IMG/VR virus record: IMGVR_UViG_3300022752_000016
DNA length: 64,000 nt
DNA from: a virus
Lineage: Duplodnaviria > Caudoviricetes
Reading direction: 5' to 3' (one strand)
Both the position numbers and the translations under genes were made by a program. Below, piece after piece: positions 37,123-46,673 of the stretch (positions are counted from its first letter, which is position 1; each line of letters begins with the position of its first letter). Below the pieces are notes generated by a model. It was not told the DNA's origin, did not search any database, and was given only the letters and a program-made list of their open reading frames with translations.

Positions 37123-37587
37123 ATGTGGATATTTACTGTTTTATCTGAATTATATATACATATAATATTTTTTGCAGGTTTTATATTAACACTTGCAGGG
37201 TTTGTGCTAGGCTTTATACCTTTTATAAAAACTTATAAAATACCTATACAGGTTCTAGGTGTACTAACCTTAATATTAGGCACATATTTGGAAGGTGGTT
37301 TAGCAGATAATAAAGAATGGCAATTAAAAGTTAAAGAATTAGAAATACAAGCCGCTAAAGTTGAAACAAAATCAGCCGAAAAAAACATAGAAATACAAGA
37401 AAAAATTGTCACAAAAACAAAAGTAATTAAAGAAAAGGGTGACGATGTAATAAAATACATTGACCGTGAGATTATTAAAAAAGAAGAAGTAATTAAATAT
37501 ATTGAGAATTGTCCGGTTCCTAAGGATATTATTGATGCACACAATGCTGCTGCTAAACTAAATGATACGGCAAAGGATAGAAAATGA
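37123..37587 (+). CDS. Inner-membrane spanin (Rz-like)
   Basis: N-terminal TM helices, periplasmic coiled coil, stop overlaps lipoprotein start. Confidence 0.7.
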   Translation: MWIFTVLSELYIHIIFFAGFILTLAGFVLGFIPFIKTYKIPIQVLGVLTLILGTYLEGGLADNKEWQLKVKELEIQAAKVETKSAEKNIEIQEKIVTKTKVIKEKGDDVIKYIDREIIKKEEVIKYIENCPVPKDIIDAHNAAAKLNDTAKDRK

Positions 37588-37862
37588 GACTGTTATCAAT
37601 ATTTTTTTTTACAATATTTGTGACAGGGTGTTCATTGTTTAAGCAGCCTGTTACAGTTGTGCCAAAGTTTCCTAACGCCACTCCCGAATTAATGAAAAAA
37701 TGTGAGAATCTTAAGCAAATAGAAGGTGACAAAGTGTCTATAGCGGATATGTTAAAAGTGGTAGTAAATAATTACACATTGTACTATGAATGTTCTACTA
37801 AAGTTGATGGTTGGCAAGACTGGTATTATGAACAAAAGAAAATATATGAAACTAAAAAATAG
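37584..37862 (+). CDS. Outer-membrane spanin lipoprotein (Rz1-like)
   Basis: Lipobox VTGC, P..PELMKKC...C..WQDWY pattern. Confidence 0.75.
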   Translation: MRLLSIFFFTIFVTGCSLFKQPVTVVPKFPNATPELMKKCENLKQIEGDKVSIADMLKVVVNNYTLYYECSTKVDGWQDWYYEQKKIYETKK

Positions 37863-37870
37863 GAGTTACC

Positions 37871-38752
37871 ATGAAAAAAAAATTACTTGTAACGATTTTA
37901 GCTAGTTTAAGTTTAATTGGGTGTGCATCCACACAAACTGCATATCAATTATATGCAGAAACACAAGCAAAAATAGCTCAGGCCAATGCGGTTGCTGAAA
38001 CAGCAAGATATAATGCACTTGCAGAAATTGCTAAAACTGGGGATAGTGCTGCCAAAGTTGCTGCTGTTTTAAGCATTCAAATAAATAATGGTACTTCACA
38101 ACGAAATCATTTACAAATGGTTCCACCAGAATCTTTTGAAGATAAAGCATTAAAATGGACAAGTGTGTTATTGCCTAACTTTGTACAGTTTTATACAATT
38201 AATAGAAATACAAGCGTGGCAATGAGACAAAGTGATAATCAGGCAGCTATAGCTATTAGTACAAATAAAGCATTTACTGATATATCTAATGCAGGTCATG
38301 CTGCAAATAGTAGTATTGCAAATAACGGATTTAGTGCTATGAATACATCTACTATTGCAGGTCATGCTGCAAATAGTAGTATTGCAAATAACGGATTTAG
38401 TGCTATGAATACATCTACTATTGCAGGATTTAACGCTTTGGGTACACAAAGCACAGCAGCGTTTAACACTTTACAAAACATAGGTGTGGCTGGGTTTAAT
38501 TCTCTTAAGGATGTTGCACCAACCGTTACGGTACAAGGAAACTATAATATAGGCGAAAACAGCGGTAACAGTGGTAAGTTAGCTGGTTATGGATTAAATG
38601 ACAATACTTCTACCCCAACAGTTGTTACACAGCCTGCTCCAACTATTGTTAATCCTACTGTTGTTACACAGCCTACGCCTACTATTGTTAATCCTACTGT
38701 TGTTACACAACCTGCTCCTACTATTGTAAATCCAGTCATAGTTAGACCTTAA
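37871..38752 (+). CDS. Predicted lipoprotein with internal repeats
   Basis: Lipobox LIGC, SD AGGAG, 22-aa duplication and Pro/Thr-rich tail. Confidence 0.7.
   Translation: MKKKLLVTILASLSLIGCASTQTAYQLYAETQAKIAQANAVAETARYNALAEIAKTGDSAAKVAAVLSIQINNGTSQRNHLQMVPPESFEDKALKWTSVLLPNFVQFYTINRNTSVAMRQSDNQAAIAISTNKAFTDISNAGHAANSSIANNGFSAMNTSTIAGHAANSSIANNGFSAMNTSTIAGFNALGTQSTAAFNTLQNIGVAGFNSLKDVAPTVTVQGNYNIGENSGNSGKLAGYGLNDNTSTPTVVTQPAPTIVNPTVVTQPTPTIVNPTVVTQPAPTIVNPVIVRP
38290..38427 (+). repeat. Perfect 66-nt tandem duplication (GHAANSSIANNGFSAMNTSTIA x2)
   Basis: GCAGG at 38291, 38357 and 38423 with identical intervening sequence. Confidence 0.95.
38615..38731 (+). repeat. Three 39-nt units encoding PTVVTQP(A/T)PTIVN
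   Basis: Direct reading. Confidence 0.9.
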
Positions 38753-38780
38753 TAGTGATAAATACACTATAGGATAAATT

Positions 38781-39689
38781 ATGTCTGAGCAACAAGTTAT
38801 TAATTTGGGTACTTTATCAATTGAGGAAACTTTAAGCACTTCAAATGCTAATATTGTTTTGGCAAATATTAATGTTGGAACTTTACCTAATGATGGTTTA
38901 GGTGATCCATTAAGAATTGCATTTAGTAAAATCAACAATAATTTTAGTAATTTAATAAGTACGCTTGGTGGTAACCTAAGTAGTACAATAGAACTGACAC
39001 AAGTAGAGGATTTTAGAGAAACTACTAGTATAGAAAACAATTTATATATTAACCAACTCAGTATTTTTAATAATAACGTAAGCACTGTAACAAGCACTCC
39101 TTTACCCATAGTAAGTACTCCTATTAATTCTGCAAATCTTGCTACCCAAATAGGTCCGTTTGGAAATCAGTTGTATATTAATATTGGTAATACCCCAAAT
39201 GATGGACAGGGAGATCCCTTACGTGTTGCCTTTGGCAAAATCAATAATAATTTTAGTAATTTATTTTTTACTACAACTAATACCACATTAAGTTATACTG
39301 TTGGAGTATTGGATCAAATTATTTTTGAAGCAGATGCTAATAAATTTACACAGGCAGAATTTAAAATTCAAACTTCCGATAGTGAAGGACCCAATAGTCA
39401 AAATATAACTATATCTGCTCAAATGAAAAATAGTGGAACAAATGTTAGATGGACGGGATATGCTACAATATTTGATGGATCTCCGCTTACAAATTACAAT
39501 TTAGAAGTAATTGGAGGAAATGTAGTAATTATTGCTAAACCTATTGCAAATACTACAATGACACATTTTATTGCTAGCTCTATTACATGGCAAGGTGATC
39601 CTTTACCTGGATTAGACATTGAACTTGATGGATACATGAACTCAGTAATGTCTACACAAAATAATTTAAATATCACTACAGAAAATTAA
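38781..39689 (+). CDS. Virion structural protein with two T4 gp9/gp10-like motifs
   Basis: IN(V/I)G..PNDG.GDPLR.AF.KINNNFSNL occurs twice; late box GATAAATA at 38757. Confidence 0.7.
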   Translation: MSEQQVINLGTLSIEETLSTSNANIVLANINVGTLPNDGLGDPLRIAFSKINNNFSNLISTLGGNLSSTIELTQVEDFRETTSIENNLYINQLSIFNNNVSTVTSTPLPIVSTPINSANLATQIGPFGNQLYINIGNTPNDGQGDPLRVAFGKINNNFSNLFFTTTNTTLSYTVGVLDQIIFEADANKFTQAEFKIQTSDSEGPNSQNITISAQMKNSGTNVRWTGYATIFDGSPLTNYNLEVIGGNVVIIAKPIANTTMTHFIASSITWQGDPLPGLDIELDGYMNSVMSTQNNLNITTEN

Positions 39690-40090
39690 TGAGAGCAAAA
39701 GAATTTATTAAAGAACAAAAATTAAGTGATGTCCATGATGGATTGGATGTAGCTGCTAAAGCATTACCCAATACATTTGTTATTCCTGAATTAAAAAATC
39801 AAGACTTTTATGATTTGTACAGATTTGGTGTGGCGATAGCTGATGTTCGTGGTAATTCAGGTGATGTAAAAAATATTGACCCTTATAAACCAAAATTTCG
39901 TCCTGAAACAAGATGGGGTGAAAATCAAATTATAAGTAGTTTTGATCCTAATATAGGAAAAATTATTGACCAAGCACTTAAGAAAGTTAAAAAAACAGGA
40001 AAACGTGCAGTAAGTAGTCCAGGTAGTGATGAATTTGATGATACCTTAAAAAATAGTCCTATTAAACCTTTTAAAGGGTATAAACGATGA
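39689..40090 (+). CDS. Putative internal head protein (MRAKEFIKE leader)
   Basis: N-terminus resembles T4 capsid targeting sequence MKTYQEFIAE; C-terminus PIKPFKGYK. Confidence 0.55.
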   Translation: MRAKEFIKEQKLSDVHDGLDVAAKALPNTFVIPELKNQDFYDLYRFGVAIADVRGNSGDVKNIDPYKPKFRPETRWGENQIISSFDPNIGKIIDQALKKVKKTGKRAVSSPGSDEFDDTLKNSPIKPFKGYKR

Positions 40091-40464
40091 GAGCAAATGA
40101 GTTTATATCTGAGGCTAAAAAGAACGGAAAAATTAGAAAAAGTCATAGGTTTGCAACAAGAGGGTTACATAAGTTTAGAGATGAAACTTTAGCAGATAGA
40201 ATATATGAATTAAATAGAATTATGATGGCAGCTGCATCAACTGATGGCACATTTATGCCAGATATGAATCATGAAAGTTGGGCAGGAAGATATGATATCG
40301 CTGCCCCCTACACTAAACAAGAGCATGATATGTTAAAAATGGCTTATGCTGTAAACGGTACAGAATATAAAGATTTAAATAATGGCGATTTGCGTAGTCA
40401 AGAATTACCTGGGACAAATACAACAAGTATAGTAAAGCCATTTAAAGGCTACAAGAAAAAATAA
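40087..40464 (+). CDS. Putative internal head protein (MRANEFISE leader), paralogue
   Basis: Same leader type; C-terminus IVKPFKGYK. Confidence 0.55.
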   Translation: MRANEFISEAKKNGKIRKSHRFATRGLHKFRDETLADRIYELNRIMMAAASTDGTFMPDMNHESWAGRYDIAAPYTKQEHDMLKMAYAVNGTEYKDLNNGDLRSQELPGTNTTSIVKPFKGYKKK

Positions 40465-40509
40465 CATATTCATAAATTTAAATAAGTAATATTTAAATAG
40501 AGGGTAATT

Positions 40510-41205
40510 ATGGAAGTTATAGATATTAATAAAACATTAGACTTAGTAAAAATAAAGTTTTATAATGAATGGTTATATACTGCACACATATACGACGAGG
40601 GTGATAGTCAATTTCATAAAGAATTAACAAAGCAAGTTGTTACAAAATATGTTGATCCATTAAATTTGTCAAAAGATGCTAAAATTTTAGATTTAGGTTG
40701 TGGTCCTGGATATTTTTTAGATGAAATGAAGGCACGTGATTATACTGATATTATTGGAGTTACATTAAGTCCTGGAGATATAAAAATTTGTGAAAATAAA
40801 GGTCATAAAATTAAAAAATATGATCTAAGTTTCTTGCCACAACAAGAAGGATATTACGATGAATCAGTAGATTTTTTATTTATCCGTCATGCTTTAGAAC
40901 ATAGTCCTTATCCAATTTTTAGTCTTATTGAATATAATCGTGTATTAAAACAAAATGCTAAAATGTATATAGAAGTACCTGCCCCAGATTGTGAGCGTCA
41001 GCATGAATTTAATGCTAATCACTATAGTATACTTGGGTCAATGCAATTAGGGGCATTGCTTGTAAGAACAGGTTTTAAAATTGATATTTTTAATAATTTA
41101 GAATTTGACCTAAACGCTCCTGATAATAACGGCGAATTAAGAACTTATAAAGAAAAATATTATTGTATAATTGCAACAAAGGTTCAACCACTTGATATAA
41201 AATAA
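40510..41205 (+). CDS. Class I SAM-dependent methyltransferase
   Basis: ILDLGCGPG motif I, RHALEH, EYNRVLK. Confidence 0.85.
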   Translation: MEVIDINKTLDLVKIKFYNEWLYTAHIYDEGDSQFHKELTKQVVTKYVDPLNLSKDAKILDLGCGPGYFLDEMKARDYTDIIGVTLSPGDIKICENKGHKIKKYDLSFLPQQEGYYDESVDFLFIRHALEHSPYPIFSLIEYNRVLKQNAKMYIEVPAPDCERQHEFNANHYSILGSMQLGALLVRTGFKIDIFNNLEFDLNAPDNNGELRTYKEKYYCIIATKVQPLDIK

Positions 41206-41239
41206 TTATAAATACTTTTAACAATGTTAAAGGTATTAT

Positions 41240-41881
41240 ATGCTCAAAGACCATTTAAAAAGAAGATATACAGCTAAATGGTGGGATGACAAGGAAGTTG
41301 AACAAGAAAAACTAAACAATGTTTTAGAAACCACATATCTTGCACCAAGTAAACAAGGTATTTACCCCTATACTGTGATTGTTGCTACAAATAGTATAGA
41401 GGGTAAAACTTTTAAAAATTGGTTATTCTATGATCACACATGGTGTGTCGATGGAATCCGTGGAAAAAAATCCGATAATCTTAAAGTTTATAATGGACAA
41501 GTATTAGCTCCTATACTACTAGTTTATCTTTGTCATTCTCAAAATATTTCTAATCAACAATTGATTTTAGAATATACTATGGATACTATAGTAAGTGCAA
41601 CAATAGCAATGTGTGCAGCAGAAGAGCAAGGATTACAAACAGGTTTTTGTGCCTGTCTTCATGGATTGACGATAGCAGAAAAATTAAAAGTTTCTGATGC
41701 AACCTGTACAGTTTTATTAGGTATAGGATATGCAACTCATGATTTGAGAATTAGACGTGGATTATATGATAGTAATGATAAATTGTATGGAATGGATAGA
41801 TCAAATACAGATCCTAGATTAAAAATAAGTAGTAATAGACTACAAAAAAAAGAATATGAAAACTTTTATAAAGTATTATGA
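41240..41881 (+). CDS. Nitroreductase-family protein
   Basis: LKRRYT, LAPSKQ, AMCAAEEQGLQTGFC, LLGIGY. Confidence 0.75.
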   Translation: MLKDHLKRRYTAKWWDDKEVEQEKLNNVLETTYLAPSKQGIYPYTVIVATNSIEGKTFKNWLFYDHTWCVDGIRGKKSDNLKVYNGQVLAPILLVYLCHSQNISNQQLILEYTMDTIVSATIAMCAAEEQGLQTGFCACLHGLTIAEKLKVSDATCTVLLGIGYATHDLRIRRGLYDSNDKLYGMDRSNTDPRLKISSNRLQKKEYENFYKVL

Positions 41882-42198
41882 TTAAAGAAATTAGTTTAAG
41901 ATTATTACATAATAAGAATACAGTAAACTTTGAAGATGAACTTGATAAAGTTTTTGTAAATGAAAAAGCTATTATTTTAGCTGATTGGGAAAAATTAATT
42001 TGGGATATGGAACTTAGGGGAGTTTTCCTACATAGGAAATTAAATTCTTTAAATAATGGTTTTGAATGCATATTTGTTACGGATAAATCTGATAACTTTT
42101 TAAGCTATTTTAATAACTCACTTTTTCAAAAATTATTTACCATATTAAAAAATAATAATTGGACAATAGAACACAGAGTAGAGGATTGGTCCATTTAA
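41878..42198 (+). CDS. Hypothetical protein
   Basis: 106-aa coupled ORF. Confidence 0.5.
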   Translation: MIKEISLRLLHNKNTVNFEDELDKVFVNEKAIILADWEKLIWDMELRGVFLHRKLNSLNNGFECIFVTDKSDNFLSYFNNSLFQKLFTILKNNNWTIEHRVEDWSI

Positions 42199-42240
42199 TA
42201 AAGATTGTTTAAATATTACAAGAGATTTATAAATAATTTT

Positions 42241-43794
42241 ATGAATAAGTCAGGATCAGTAACATTAATTAAAGATCCATATGTAAAAACTGTTTTTAAA
42301 ACACAACAAGAACTTGATGACTTTATCAAATGTTGTGATCCAAAAACTGGTTATTTGCATTTTATGGATAATTTCTTTTATATACAACATCCTACCAAAG
42401 GTAGCATGGTGTATCACCCATATCCATATCAAAAACGTTTAATTGAAACCTATCATAACTATCGTTTTAGTATATCATTGATGCCAAGACAAAGTGGTAA
42501 ATCTACCAGTGCAGCAGGGTATTTATTATGGTATGCAATGTTTGTACCAGATAGTACGATATTGATTGCTGCACACAAATACACAGGTGCTCAAGAAATT
42601 ATGCAACGTATTCGTTATGCTTATGAAAATTGTCCTATGCATATAAAAGCTGGTGTTACAACATATAATAAAGGTAGTCTAGATTTTGAGAATGGTAGTA
42701 GAATTGTAAGTGCAACTACAACAGAAAATACAGGTCGTGGTATGTCTATATCGTTACTGTACTTAGACGAATTTGCATTCGTTAGACCAACCATTGCTGA
42801 ATTGTTTTGGACATCAATAACACCAACATTAGCGACTGGTGGTAAAGCTATTATTACCAGCACACCAAATAGTGATGAAGATCAATTTGCATTAATTTGG
42901 AAACAGGCTACCAAAACAGAGGATGAATATGGAAATCAAACAGAATTAGGTAAGAATGGTTTCAGAGCTTATCGTGCTAATTGGTGGGAACAACCAGGAC
43001 GTGATGAAGCTTGGGCAAAAGAAATCAGAGCACAACTAGGTGAAGATCGTTTTAGGCGTGAGATTGGTTGTGAATTTATTATTGCAGAAGAAACTTTGAT
43101 CGCACCTACTACATTGGTAGATATGGAAGGCATTGAACCTGTACAACGTATGGGACAAGTTCGTTGGTATAAGAAACCAGAGAAAGGTAATATATATGTT
43201 GTTGGATTAGATCCTAGTTTAGGTACAGGAAGTGATCCTGCAGCTATACAAATATACGAAGCTAACACTACCATACAAATAGGTGAGTGGAAACATAATC
43301 AAACAGATATCCCAAATCAAGTTAAATTATTAGCACAAATAAACAAATATATTGAAGAATGCACTAATGAACCAAATAATATATATTACAGTATTGAAAA
43401 TAATACGATAGGAGAAGCCGCATTAATTTCATTAGCAGAATACAGTGAAAGTAATATACCTGGTATATTTTTAAGTGAGCATGGGAAGAAAAGAAAAGGA
43501 TTTAATACAACTCATAAGGTAAAATTAGCAGCGTGTGCTAAATTTAAAACCTTAATTGAAAGTAGAAAAATGAAAGTAAATAGCCGTAGTTTGGTAAGTG
43601 AATTAAAAACTTTTGTAGCAACAGATGGAAGTTATAGAGCGAAAATAGGCGAAACAGATGATTTGGTTATGGCAAGTTTATTAGTAATTAGAATGTTACA
43701 ACATTTAAGTGATTATCATGTAGATTTAGAGACACAAATTCGTGACCATGACGAATACATTCCACCATTGCCATTCTTTGCAGTACTGAACTAG
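42241..43794 (+). CDS. terL: Terminase large subunit (T4 gp17-like)
   Basis: LMPRQSGKST Walker A, LYLDEFAF Walker B, VGLDPS and DDLVMA nuclease acids; start moved to ATG after TATAAATA (42228). Confidence 0.93.
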   Translation: MNKSGSVTLIKDPYVKTVFKTQQELDDFIKCCDPKTGYLHFMDNFFYIQHPTKGSMVYHPYPYQKRLIETYHNYRFSISLMPRQSGKSTSAAGYLLWYAMFVPDSTILIAAHKYTGAQEIMQRIRYAYENCPMHIKAGVTTYNKGSLDFENGSRIVSATTTENTGRGMSISLLYLDEFAFVRPTIAELFWTSITPTLATGGKAIITSTPNSDEDQFALIWKQATKTEDEYGNQTELGKNGFRAYRANWWEQPGRDEAWAKEIRAQLGEDRFRREIGCEFIIAEETLIAPTTLVDMEGIEPVQRMGQVRWYKKPEKGNIYVVGLDPSLGTGSDPAAIQIYEANTTIQIGEWKHNQTDIPNQVKLLAQINKYIEECTNEPNNIYYSIENNTIGEAALISLAEYSESNIPGIFLSEHGKKRKGFNTTHKVKLAACAKFKTLIESRKMKVNSRSLVSELKTFVATDGSYRAKIGETDDLVMASLLVIRMLQHLSDYHVDLETQIRDHDEYIPPLPFFAVLN

Positions 43795-43812
43795 GTTTGG
43801 ACTAAATAATAA

Positions 43813-46629
43813 ATGCCACTAGACAAAAATTCTTACAATCTTAAATTATATAACCTGTTAAAGACACGAGGTTATCGTCCTATTCCATTAGATAGTAAAG
43901 GCGAACGTTCAGAAGCACCACAGGAAGCAGATGTTTTCAAGTTTACTTTTTCAAAAGCTGATGAAAAAGTAGGCACAATGTATGCAACTGTAGAAGAAGG
44001 TGACATAGTCCTTTATTATGATGAAGATGAAGTTAGTAAATCAAGCGATGCTAATACATCAGGAACAGAGTTTACTGATAGTTTTACAGGATTGATAAGA
44101 CATTTAAAGCATTGGGCAATGACAAGACAATTAGGTTTTAGAACTGAACCTGATGACAAATTAGGTAGTGATATGGCGCAAAGGGAATATATGAAAAAGA
44201 AAGAAAACATTAGCGAGGGATATTATCCCATGGGTAAATCAGCAAGTTACAATGATGCTGTACCTACAGTAAAAATTATTTTACAACATACTCGCCAAAT
44301 ACAAGAGGGTGAACAACGTTTTCGCCATGTAAGTAAGATATTTTTAGAAAACACTTTAGGTGAAAGAATTCTTGCACCAACTATTCGTCCTGGCATTGCC
44401 CAAGTATATGCCAGACATATTGCTGAAGGTGGAGTTCCTAATGATGAGCGTTGGAATCATATTAAAAGCCTTTGTGAAGATTATAGTAAAATGGCAGGTT
44501 TTGTTCGTGCTGTAAAAAATAATCAATTTAATGAATCAGCACAACAATTAGTTAATGAAGGTGTTAATCATTATCAAAGTTTGCGTGAAACCTTAGGAAG
44601 AATGCGTGGTCATCGTGGGTATAACGCTTATTTTGAAAGTTGGACGCCAACATTAATGGAAGAGGAAAATTCTGATAATACATTAAATGAATTATTTGTC
44701 CAAGAAACATTAGATCCTAGAATTGAAAGTGTTCTTCCAATATTAAGTAAATTAAGAAAAACAGTTGGTGAAATGAAAGAAGTTAATGAATTAGCGGAAT
44801 GGGCTGAAGAATTAACTGAAGCGCCTGGTGCCGAAACATTAGCACATAATGAAAAAACAGAAAAGTCACGTTTGGATGCATTTGACCTAGAGGAAAGTGA
44901 TGATGCAGTAAAAGCAGGTCAAGTAGCCCGTGATAAAATTAAGAAGCCTGCGTTTATGCGTAAAGCAGCAGGCGAGAGGCCAGCCACATTAGGTGATGTT
45001 GAAAGATCACAGCAGCATCGTAGTAGCCAAGCAATGGTTGGTCAAAAAGGTGAAGAAGTTGAAGAAAGTGGATTACAAGCATATCTTGGTAATAAGAAGT
45101 ATGGCAAAGATGGTATGGATGCTTTACGCAAAGCAGGGCGTGATGGTGCAAGCAAAGAAAAAATGGCTAAGATTCGTGCCAAGTATGACAAATTAGATGA
45201 AGAAGGTGTGGCGGAAGCAGCCAAATGGCGTGATCCAAAGTATAAAGATAAACTCTATACACAAGAACCCGGTGATAGTGATGACTATGACAATATTGGC
45301 TATGGATACGATTTTCCAGAACGGCCAGAAAATGACCCAGGTCAGAAACGTAGAATGGGTGGTGTAGGCAGTGAATTTGATCGCAATGACCCTTTGGTCA
45401 AGGGGCAGGGCATTGGTCGTAGCGGCATCAAGCACAGCCTCAATCTTGCTGGCAAGAGAAAAGGTCTGCCGTCAAGAGATCAAATCACCAGCCTTAAAGG
45501 CAGTATCAAAGATGCACATGGAAAACATCGCAAGCCCAATTTGCCAGAGCAAGGTGTGGCGGAAGGCTGGAATGACCATTTAGATGATCCTGATGATTAT
45601 GAAGGACATTTGGAAAGATTGCGTGATTTAGCAGACCTAAAGCGTATGCAGGATAGAGAAAAAGAATCTACGGATAAAGAAGATAATAGTAAAAAAAAAG
45701 TAGATGAGGTTAATCCACATTATTACGATAGTGATTTAGATTATTATGATGCTGTTAGGCGTAGTAAATTACCTAAAATGCCTCGTCCTGGAGATGAGGA
45801 CTTTGAAAAATACGATACCTTTGATAAACCATATGATGACTATGACGACGATGATAAAGATTTAAAGGAAGGTGTAACAAAAAGGTCATTATCAGAAATG
45901 GATTCTCAAGGTTATAAAGGATACAGGGACAATGAAGATAAAGGTAAAGGTCCAGAGAAAGTAGTCAAGCCAGCTAAGGCAAAAGATGTTGCTAAAGATG
46001 CTGAAAAAGAATTGACCAAGGTAATGGATAAAGCACACAAGAAAGATGTGGCAGAAGGCAGTGGCTCAAAATACAAAGTTAAATCTATTGGTAAAGATAG
46101 TAAAGGTGATTATTATATAAGTCCAGTCACTGGTAAAAAAGTATATAAGTCAGGAGTTAATAAAGGTGATCACGAAAATCCTAAAACAGGAGAAATTAAA
46201 AAAGGTGTGGCGGAAGGCTCGCTGCGTGAATTCGCACCCGATGATGGGGGTGACGGTGGCGATGATGGGTTCAGTGAAGAAACACTAAAGCGATTTGCGG
46301 CACAATGGTACAACGGTGATGAAGATCCCAGGATCGAACGTGCCCTAGCAGCAGCTGGTTGGGAGATCGGACAGGATGAGGGCTACGACGATGAGCCCGG
46401 TGTGTTCGTGGTACAGGTTGGTGATGTCAACGGCAATAGCTATCTAAGTTGGCCAGCACACGAATTGAAGCAAGGTGTCTCGGAAGACCTAGATGCTAAT
46501 CAAAAGCGTGTAGGTCAATTGGGCCCAACTGAAAAAGTCAAAAATAATAATATTGGTAAATTGGTTGGAGCAAGTGAATCAATACAACATGATCCATTAA
46601 AAGATATTTTAAGATTATCGGGTAAATAA
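43813..46629 (+). CDS. 938-aa putative head/core protein: conserved-looking N-terminal half plus modular C-terminal polyprotein
   Basis: Follows terL behind late box ACTAAATA; C-terminal half is segmented by (G/D)V(A/S)E and other [LIV]xE sites. Confidence 0.65.
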   Translation: MPLDKNSYNLKLYNLLKTRGYRPIPLDSKGERSEAPQEADVFKFTFSKADEKVGTMYATVEEGDIVLYYDEDEVSKSSDANTSGTEFTDSFTGLIRHLKHWAMTRQLGFRTEPDDKLGSDMAQREYMKKKENISEGYYPMGKSASYNDAVPTVKIILQHTRQIQEGEQRFRHVSKIFLENTLGERILAPTIRPGIAQVYARHIAEGGVPNDERWNHIKSLCEDYSKMAGFVRAVKNNQFNESAQQLVNEGVNHYQSLRETLGRMRGHRGYNAYFESWTPTLMEEENSDNTLNELFVQETLDPRIESVLPILSKLRKTVGEMKEVNELAEWAEELTEAPGAETLAHNEKTEKSRLDAFDLEESDDAVKAGQVARDKIKKPAFMRKAAGERPATLGDVERSQQHRSSQAMVGQKGEEVEESGLQAYLGNKKYGKDGMDALRKAGRDGASKEKMAKIRAKYDKLDEEGVAEAAKWRDPKYKDKLYTQEPGDSDDYDNIGYGYDFPERPENDPGQKRRMGGVGSEFDRNDPLVKGQGIGRSGIKHSLNLAGKRKGLPSRDQITSLKGSIKDAHGKHRKPNLPEQGVAEGWNDHLDDPDDYEGHLERLRDLADLKRMQDREKESTDKEDNSKKKVDEVNPHYYDSDLDYYDAVRRSKLPKMPRPGDEDFEKYDTFDKPYDDYDDDDKDLKEGVTKRSLSEMDSQGYKGYRDNEDKGKGPEKVVKPAKAKDVAKDAEKELTKVMDKAHKKDVAEGSGSKYKVKSIGKDSKGDYYISPVTGKKVYKSGVNKGDHENPKTGEIKKGVAEGSLREFAPDDGGDGGDDGFSEETLKRFAAQWYNGDEDPRIERALAAAGWEIGQDEGYDDEPGVFVVQVGDVNGNSYLSWPAHELKQGVSEDLDANQKRVGQLGPTEKVKNNNIGKLVGASESIQHDPLKDILRLSGK
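45203..46486 (+). repeat. Dispersed motif AAGGTGTGGCGGAAG (encodes GVAE), 3 perfect and 2 variant copies
   Basis: Perfect at 45203, 45551, 46202; variants GATGTGGCAGAAG (46045) and GGTGTCTCGGAAG (46474). Confidence 0.9.
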
Positions 46630-46638
46630 ACTTACAAA

Positions 46639-46662
46639 AAACCGCACAAAAAAGTGCGGTTT
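46639..46662 (+). terminator. Hairpin terminator
   Basis: AAACCGCAC-AAAAAA-GTGCGGTTT. Confidence 0.65.
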
Positions 46663-46673
46663 ACCATATTTGG

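Noticed and set aside
45203-46486. CRISPR array or Chi sites from the GGTGTGGCGGAAG motif
   Set aside because: Spacing is irregular (about 160-490 nt), the motif is in frame within an ORF, and it does not match E. coli Chi (GCTGGTGG)
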